This document shows positions 58,222 through 64,000 of a stretch of 64,000 bases of DNA, piece after piece. The notes under the pieces were generated by a model. It did no database searches. It was not told the DNA's origin and worked only from the letters and a program-made list of their open reading frames with translations. This DNA is from an uncultured virus (IMG/VR IMGVR_UViG_3300030376_005322) (lineage: Duplodnaviria; Heunggongvirae; Uroviricota; Caudoviricetes), in the IMG/VR virus record IMGVR_UViG_3300030376_005322; one strand, 5' to 3'. Numbering within the stretch: the stretch's first letter is position 1; each line of letters opens with the position of its first letter. The position numbers and the translations under genes were made by a program.

Positions 58222-58961
58222 GCGTGCACCCCATTCTGTATGTCGTGAATAGTTACTTTCTTCAAACTTTCTAAAGAAATCTCCCATTCAGGAACAAGAC
58301 GTTTGGTGTCTCCGCACATCGCTTCAACAACACTTTCACAATTCTCGTAGAACACTCCCCACGCTATTTCTCGTTGATTATCAGTGAGTGTGTCGCCACG
58401 TTCCGGCATCTGGTCAATAAGGTTTTCAGTCTCATCAACTATCTGAACACCGTTATCCCATACGCCGTGATAGCGCCATTCAGGTGCTTCCATAATTGAC
58501 AGCACAGTTATGCGGCAACGATATCGTCTAGAAATAGTTTCTAGAGCCTTCTCCGGTGGGCACCACGCACTTGTAAAAGCGTAAGCGTGAACGAATAGTT
58601 CATCAGCGACAGAGCGAACTTTATTTATATCCAATTCGCCATAGTCGGTACTGAACCCTGCGGTACTGTCAATTTTGCGGAAATCGTAGTCTCCCCACTT
58701 GGAACCCCAATTCAGATCAGCCCATAGGCGACCGTCAATAGTCCCGGCTTCATCATCTTGGTCAGTGAACGCACTGCCGATAACTTCCCCATCTATAACG
58801 ATGTCTTTACGACCATTTTCAGGGAAGGGAATCAAATGACTAATAAAAGAGTCAATTTCTCCGGCGGCGGTATCTTCCAACACAAGATTTAGAATCTTCC
58901 GTTGGGCAGGTGGTGTGTCTGTGAAATCCACAAACATTTTGTTAAATACGTGATTAGGCAT
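58218..58961 (-). CDS. Api92/YubB-like ferredoxin-fold (DUF1281-type) protein
   Basis: MPNH..N, W...NWGSKW, F.SAW.PP motifs. Confidence 0.75.
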   Translation of the reverse strand: MPNHVFNKMFVDFTDTPPAQRKILNLVLEDTAAGEIDSFISHLIPFPENGRKDIVIDGEVIGSAFTDQDDEAGTIDGRLWADLNWGSKWGDYDFRKIDSTAGFSTDYGELDINKVRSVADELFVHAYAFTSAWCPPEKALETISRRYRCRITVLSIMEAPEWRYHGVWDNGVQIVDETENLIDQMPERGDTLTDNQREIAWGVFYENCESVVEAMCGDTKRLVPEWEISLESLKKVTIHDIQNGVHA

Positions 58962-59033
58962 TTTTTAATCTTTCTTGTAAGGGTAACCCTTAACCGAGTC
59001 CCCGAAGGGACCCGGTTGGGTGGGTTTACCGAA

Positions 59034-59294
59034 TTAGTAAACTGATATTGTGGTTTCTGCTTCTAAAGTGATAGTTCCACTAGCGAGAGATTCTTTAATT
59101 TGATCTGTAATCAAATCAGAGAAATCGAACTCGTCTATTTCAGCGCTGACGTAATCAGAGAAATCTACATCTCCAATAGCGTTTTCAACAGCAGTTTCAA
59201 TAGTTCCCTGCATATCTTCGTCTACTTCAGTAGAGGGCAGATAAGGAACTAATGCTTCTGCTAATGCTTTAAGCAATTTTTCTATTGTGTCCAT
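59034..59294 (-). CDS. acidic hypothetical protein
   Basis: AGGAAG RBS; own promoter; hairpin downstream. Confidence 0.65.
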   Translation of the reverse strand: MDTIEKLLKALAEALVPYLPSTEVDEDMQGTIETAVENAIGDVDFSDYVSAEIDEFDFSDLITDQIKESLASGTITLEAETTISVY

Positions 59295-59538
59295 TATTTC
59301 TTCCTAACTATATTTCGGTGGTATATCCACATATATTACGATAGGGGGTAAATCTGGGAATTACTCAAAAAAGACGTGTTTGTTTTGTGACGTGTGTCAC
59401 ATGCTAAAACAGCGCCTCCTCCGGTCTTCCCGGGCTACTGAAAAAAGAAAATACCGCCCGGGGAGCGAAAGAAGTAACAACCCGGGCGGTATAGGAAATC
59501 TGGGAATGCAAATCTGGGATTGCAGCCACGTGTGAATT

Positions 59539-59733
59539 TTAGCGTGTGAATTCCTCCGGATAGTGTATTTTAGTGATCCGGTTACATTCTTCTGCCCAGA
59601 ACTTTGCTTTTTTTATGTCCTCTAATGTGATGTCATCTTCGTCATTCACATAGTTTTCCATATTGTGAGCCTGTGTTTCGTAGAGTAAATCCAACGCTTC
59701 GATTACGATGTCTTTAGGGGTGAAGTCGCTCAT
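59539..59733 (-). CDS. hypothetical protein
   Basis: Last gene of coupled operon. Confidence 0.6.
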   Translation of the reverse strand: MSDFTPKDIVIEALDLLYETQAHNMENYVNDEDDITLEDIKKAKFWAEECNRITKIHYPEEFTR

Positions 59734-60194
59734 TTCTCCCCCAGTCCTTCGGGAAAGTTTTTCTCTAGGTATGTCCGAAAGAATCTTAAGTCTCGTAAAA
59801 TGGAATGAAGTCCTTCGTCGTACTGCTCGTGTTCTTCATTAGACATCTCTAATAGGTTCTTTGAATAAGGCTTTAAGCATTCCAAGAACCTTATGGCTTT
59901 ACCGACACTTTCTGACCAGCAGCCTCTGTCCGGTGACGGTGTATCCCAGTCAATGTCGAACTTGTCGATATTTCCTAAGTGGACATAGATGTCTGCTGGT
60001 ACTCCGGCACCTACATGGTCGCCTTCTTCTACCACGGTAATCAAAAGCCCATGATCGTCATGCCCTTCCTTGACCCCAATTACTTTTGCGCGAAGCCAAG
60101 GCATGGCTACCGTGTCTCCGAATGTTCGGGCTCCTCCCCAGTAATTGAATTCAGTTCCGACAGTTGTTAATTTGTCTAATTCTGATTGGCTCAT
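59730..60194 (-). CDS. hypothetical protein
   Basis: ATGA-coupled. Confidence 0.6.
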   Translation of the reverse strand: MSQSELDKLTTVGTEFNYWGGARTFGDTVAMPWLRAKVIGVKEGHDDHGLLITVVEEGDHVGAGVPADIYVHLGNIDKFDIDWDTPSPDRGCWSESVGKAIRFLECLKPYSKNLLEMSNEEHEQYDEGLHSILRDLRFFRTYLEKNFPEGLGEK

Positions 60195-60388
60195 TGTTCC
60201 TCAACTCCTACTATTGTGCCGTCCGCCGCTGGGTCCTCAACGTATGCTGGTTCCCAGTTCCCGGTGTTCCGTAATGTGTTCCAGTTCGCTTCGTCATCAA
60301 CGAACTTTTGCATTGCTTCCTGTTCACTGTCGGCATCAACCATGACAGCGAACTCTGCTTCTGCAGTGAATGTAACTTGGTATTCCAT
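60191..60388 (-). CDS. DpnD/PcfM-like small protein
   Basis: 'YQVTF......VMVDADSEQEA.QKF'. Confidence 0.65.
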   Translation of the reverse strand: MEYQVTFTAEAEFAVMVDADSEQEAMQKFVDDEANWNTLRNTGNWEPAYVEDPAADGTIVGVEEQ

Positions 60389-60624
60389 TATTGCCCTTTC
60401 TTAACGTTGAACCGTGCGAGAGTTTCCTCATCAAGGTGTGGTGCGATTACGTCCATGAACCATAGGTAACGGTCAATATCTTTGATGCCAGTCAAAAATT
60501 CTGTGACTGCTTCCTTGCGGTCTTTACGAGCCGCTTCGATTACTTGTTGTTCAAACATTGCTAAAATGTTTTTATAACCCTCATCACTTGGGGTCATATC
60601 TACTGTCATTACTTCTTCGCTCAT
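60388..60624 (-). CDS. hypothetical protein
   Basis: First gene of operon behind CRP-like site. Confidence 0.6.
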   Translation of the reverse strand: MSEEVMTVDMTPSDEGYKNILAMFEQQVIEAARKDRKEAVTEFLTGIKDIDRYLWFMDVIAPHLDEETLARFNVKKGQ

Positions 60625-60853
60625 TGTTTTCTTTCTGTCAATAAATGTTGTGGAACTTCCACATATCTAATGGTACACCTTTGGTTGACTTTTACCTCAT
60701 TATTTAAGGGTTAATTTTGTGACGCATGTCACATGCCCGTCCGGTCCCTTCCGGGCTAACCAATCCACACCGCCCGGTCCCTCCCGAATCTGGGAATGCA
60801 AATCTGGGAGTACACCGGCGTGTGAATCTGGGCGTGTGAATTTCACGTGTGAA

Positions 60854-61024
60854 TTACCAGTCTCTAACCTCGTCTGTAGTGATTTCCACCAAAGGTCCAG
60901 CCTCTGCTAAAAGATCAGGGATATGAACAGTTTCGGCATAATGCTCTGCCTCGTCTCTGTCCATTTCAACAGTTGTGATTAGTATGACATTTTCGTAAAC
61001 AAACGAAATATTATATTTTCCCAT
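60854..61024 (-). CDS. 56-aa protein (not in ORF track)
   Basis: MGKYNISFVYENVILITTVEMDRDEAEHYA...; stop overlaps GTGTGAAT motif. Confidence 0.5.
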   Translation of the reverse strand: MGKYNISFVYENVILITTVEMDRDEAEHYAETVHIPDLLAEAGPLVEITTDEVRDW

Positions 61025-61166
61025 TAGATTATCTCATGCCTTCCGTTCTCGTTCTTCTCGGTGAACTTATCTGCACAACAAACATCTCCACCTGTGCTAT
61101 CAAAGAACATGCCTTCATGTTCGTAAATCCGATCCCCACACCAGTCGCATTCTCCGCCTGAATCGC

Positions 61167-61595
61167 TCATTGGTTTATGTACCATTCATCTACGAAGTGC
61201 TCCGCTATTTCACGCCATTGAACTCGCCAGAAGGAACCGATGTCGTCACGAACGTCTGAAAAACCGTAGCCCTTACCTTGGACGATTTCCGACAGTTGGC
61301 AATAATCACCAACAAAGAATTCTTCTAACGCACCAGCAACGTCGTTATGTAAAATATTCCAGCCTGCATTAGTTATCGCAGTAGAGCCAAATGCTTCGCC
61401 TTCGTCAGGGTCCTCGCTATTCCAATGACCAGCCATTTCAAAAACATGGTCAAATATGCCCAGTTCTTTAACCTGTAATTCGCCAGCCCAAAGGTTTACT
61501 GCCCATGTCTCGCGATTAGTCCAGCCGTTGTAATCTTCAAAACCCTCGTGACTTCTCCAATCTATGCGCCGCATTACTTCCTGCTTTTCTTTCAT
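61167..61595 (-). CDS. conserved phage protein with YNGWTN.ETW..NLW motif
   Basis: YNGWTNRETWAVNLW and V.W.EIAEH motifs; start ATG 61595 after GGAGGTG. Confidence 0.7.
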   Translation of the reverse strand: MKEKQEVMRRIDWRSHEGFEDYNGWTNRETWAVNLWAGELQVKELGIFDHVFEMAGHWNSEDPDEGEAFGSTAITNAGWNILHNDVAGALEEFFVGDYCQLSEIVQGKGYGFSDVRDDIGSFWRVQWREIAEHFVDEWYINQ

Positions 61596-61846
61596 TGCGT
61601 CACCTCCACGCCAATAATACGCATGCTGTGTATCTCCATATTGAAACGAGTGAGAGAGTCCCAGCATTCATTGGGCATCGCATACGATCCTTCGGATAGT
61701 TGTGACCATGCCACCGCTCGGGCTTGTAACTCGTTTTGAATTTCGTGACTGAAAGAATCTAATTCGACTTCCACAGTTAGCGCTTCGTTTAGTAATATTT
61801 TGACAAAATAGTTTGTCACTGTTTTCTGTTTTACTACCATTACCAT
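61592..61846 (-). CDS. hypothetical protein
   Basis: First gene behind CRP-like site. Confidence 0.55.
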   Translation of the reverse strand: MVMVVKQKTVTNYFVKILLNEALTVEVELDSFSHEIQNELQARAVAWSQLSEGSYAMPNECWDSLTRFNMEIHSMRIIGVEVTQ

Positions 61847-62197
61847 TCCTTAATGTTGTAAATATGTACACCATCTATGGTAGGGGGTAAATCTGTAATT
61901 GACAAGTGACATGTGTCACACCCAAACAAGCGCCCTCCCGGGTCACCTCCCGGCCTTACCCGGTCTCGAAATCTGGGGATACAGCGCCCGGTGTCAATCT
62001 ACGTGTGAATCTTGCCCGGTGCGGTTACGCAAGTGTGAATTTTGCCCGGTGTGAATCTGGGAATACAGAATCGGGGATACTTTCATGTGTGAATTTTCAT
62101 GTGTGAATCTGGGCACACAAACCCACGTGTGAATCCATGTGTGAATCCCCACCCGCATCAGGGAGATGCAGGCAGGAACCCAACCACATGTGTGAAT

Positions 62198-62407
62198 TTA
62201 ATCGACGAGAGAAGCGGAACCTCTAGTTCCAGCCAAACGAGAAGCCGCAGCACCCTTCACTACAGAAAGGGCAGCAGACACGCCAGCCATAACAATCATC
62301 TTCCACTGATCAACACCAAGGTCCATGACACTATTAGTTGACATAGCGCCAATAGCCGCTTGGCAAAAAGTCGCCAACGTCCTCTCAGCGAGGTCTTTAT
62401 AATTCAT
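62198..62407 (-). CDS. holin, r1t-like
   Basis: 'KDLAER.LATF.QA...W......AALSV.K......G...SASL'. Confidence 0.85.
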   Translation of the reverse strand: MNYKDLAERTLATFCQAAIGAMSTNSVMDLGVDQWKMIVMAGVSAALSVVKGAAASRLAGTRGSASLVD

Positions 62408-62571
62408 TACTACTCCTAACTAAAAAAAAACAATCCACGCCAGCAGGGGCGCATTTCGCCTTTTTTGTTGTTTTTGGTTTGTTGTTTGTTTGTTTCTGGG
62501 GGTTTGGGGGTTTGTGGTTAGTTTTTCTATACTATTGGTCGTGTGTTGGTTTACTTGTTGGGGTGTGTGTT

Positions 62572-62793
62572 TTACAGGCTTTCTGCCAAAGTTATCGCTG
62601 CAGCAATGATGGCTGTCAGCAACGACGCTGGTACTGCGTAAATCCATTTCTCTACAGTACGTACCCTTTGTTCAAGGTCTGTTATTTGACGATGCTGATT
62701 TAACGTTAGATCATCTATTTTCTGTTCAATAGATTCAAGTCTTTCCGCTAACACCGCCAACGCAACATCGACGCTTTGCTGACTATTAGCCAT
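62572..62793 (-). CDS. coiled-coil membrane protein (lysis-module type)
   Basis: Coiled coil ending 'EQRVR.VEKW' followed by C-terminal TM. Confidence 0.65.
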   Translation of the reverse strand: MANSQQSVDVALAVLAERLESIEQKIDDLTLNQHRQITDLEQRVRTVEKWIYAVPASLLTAIIAAAITLAESL

Positions 62794-63340
62794 CTTCAGG
62801 TTCACAGTCACAAGCATCTACAGGGCATACACACCCAATGTGACATTGACACAACTCTACTTCTTCGGATACTTCGACATCTTCAGCATCTACTACTTCC
62901 TCTACTATTGGTGTTACTTCCTCTATAGGGATTTCAGAAGGTTGCTCTTGAGGAGACGCCTGCGGCGGGCTTACGCTTGGCCACTTAGCGCCTGAAGATA
63001 ACCCCATACTTGCCTCAAATTTTGCTTTCGAGTCATCAGCCCAGCAGCGTAAATAAAACATGTAAGGAGCGAACTCCTCAGAAGCGTGGGCTGTCGGATA
63101 CTGAATGCCTTGACCGCATCTAGCGGCTAAGCAGCCATCTTCGACGAGGCTTGCTATTAGTTCACGGATAGCGTCTGCTTGTTTCCGTGACATCACACCT
63201 TTAGGTGTTTCGACTTGAACATTCAAAACGTTCCCTACCGGGTTCACTTTTGGTTCGTTTACTTTTCCACTGGCCTTAACTACCCAAGCATTTTTAGCGG
63301 GGGAGACAGGACCAATCCATATTTCGTTTGGTGTAGTCAT
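62786..63340 (-). CDS. hypothetical protein
   Basis: Leaderless TAAACT-6nt-ATG; Cys-rich C-terminus. Confidence 0.6.
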   Translation of the reverse strand: MTTPNEIWIGPVSPAKNAWVVKASGKVNEPKVNPVGNVLNVQVETPKGVMSRKQADAIRELIASLVEDGCLAARCGQGIQYPTAHASEEFAPYMFYLRCWADDSKAKFEASMGLSSGAKWPSVSPPQASPQEQPSEIPIEEVTPIVEEVVDAEDVEVSEEVELCQCHIGCVCPVDACDCEPEDG

Positions 63341-63381
63341 ATCTAGAGTTTAGGGCACCACACTTACGAGGCGTTGCAGGG

Positions 63382-63624
63382 TCAGGCCACTCGGCTCTTA
63401 AAAACTGGGGTTTTCTTTAATAACTGGGTGGAAGGAGTAAGCACTGGTTTCACCGATGTTTCCCGTGTTTTTTCAAGATTTCTTATTTTTTTTTCGGCTT
63501 CTTGTATTAGGTCTGCGAATGCTTTGAATGCTGCTTCTGCAGAGGCCGAAAATTGTGTGTTTTCAGGGGTTTTTTCTCTTTTTTCCATCTCTGTTCCTTC
63601 CGTGGGTCTACCATCTTTACACAT
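63382..63624 (-). CDS. hypothetical protein
   Basis: 80-aa ORF; start uncertain. Confidence 0.45.
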   Translation of the reverse strand: MCKDGRPTEGTEMEKREKTPENTQFSASAEAAFKAFADLIQEAEKKIRNLEKTRETSVKPVLTPSTQLLKKTPVFKSRVA

Positions 63625-63714
63625 AAAATCGGATAGGGAGACCTACCCTGCACCTTTTTTCTAAGAAATTCTATTAAAGTCGTGTACAGGACATCTATAT
63701 GTTCGGAGGTCACT

Positions 63715-64000
63715 ATGCGGTATACATTGGACAGACCAGAGAATTCTATAACAGCCTTTGGTTTACAGGACAGGCTTAAAGGGCCTGCCGTTGTTGGGGT
63801 TCTTATTCCCCTCCCCGAGTCATCGAAATCAACTGCTTCTAAGTTCGGCAGGTACACGTTAGGTAATTGGGAAACTCCCCCACCTTATGCTTGCTTTAGC
63901 ACTAAAGAAGGTTCTATGGTTATCCGTTGGAACCCTAACGCTTATTCCATTGACATTGTTGAAGATTCTTTAGACCGGATTTTGCAAGGTTACCTATCTG
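63715..64000 (+). CDS. hypothetical protein (runs off window)
   Basis: GGAGGT RBS then MRYTLDRPENS..., open to the window end. Confidence 0.55.
   Translation, partial: MRYTLDRPENSITAFGLQDRLKGPAVVGVLIPLPESSKSTASKFGRYTLGNWETPPPYACFSTKEGSMVIRWNPNAYSIDIVEDSLDRILQGYLS

Noticed and set aside
48958..60690. TTGAC(T/C) as + strand -35 boxes
   Set aside because: No good -10 at 17 bp on the + strand. They lie inside minus-strand promoter spacers (GTCAA at about -20 to -27), and their function is left unassigned.
44800..62200. CRISPR array formed by the repeats
   Set aside because: Repeats are short, degenerate and irregularly spaced, with whole genes between them. The exonuclease at 39036 is a phage RecB-type enzyme and no cas operon is present.
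43900..62200. Classical integron
   Set aside because: No IntI or attC-type GTTRRRY/RYYYAAC structure seen; cassettes carry their own promoters and face both ways.
1..64000. Stop-codon reassignment
   Set aside because: Core genes are full-length in the standard code and end in all three stop codons; the only tRNA is Glu(TTC).

Overview
This window is a 64-kb segment of a large tailed dsDNA phage (siphovirus-like, HK97-fold capsid) that most likely infects an actinobacterium, judged from WhiB, an r1t-type holin, many leaderless -10/ATG starts and Gram-positive-type SOS boxes. Almost everything is on the minus strand. 1-2.8 kb holds replication/recombination genes (HTH initiator-like, HIRAN, ssDNA-annealing-like). 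2.9-33.3 kb is the virion module: portal-MuF fusion, prohead protease, major capsid, head-tail connectors, three tail fibres, major tail protein, frameshifted tail chaperone, tape measure, Dit and a tail-tip protein, with inserted WhiB, transglycosylase, HNH-like, metallophosphoesterase and a giant acidic lipoprotein. 33.3-43.4 kb holds small accessory genes, Ssb, a LexA-like DNA-binding domain, an exonuclease and an M15 endolysin. 43.4-62.2 kb is a highly patterned array of short self-contained expression cassettes (including ArdC and tRNA-Glu). Holin and further genes follow at 62.2-64 kb. No terminase or integrase is recognisable in the window. The most striking unexplained features are: (1) the ~19-kb cassette array with polar (+strand) CCGG-n-CCGG junction motifs and GTGTGAAT clusters; (2) a collection of matches to host global-regulator operators (CRP, Rex, LexA, IdeR-like) inside that array; (3) a dual-coded 630-nt stretch in the lipoprotein gene that opens exactly at an in-phase C_CCU_UUA slippery site; (4) 3'-UTR hairpins displaying anti-Shine-Dalgarno-like loops. 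All product calls come from motif recognition by eye; no searches were run.
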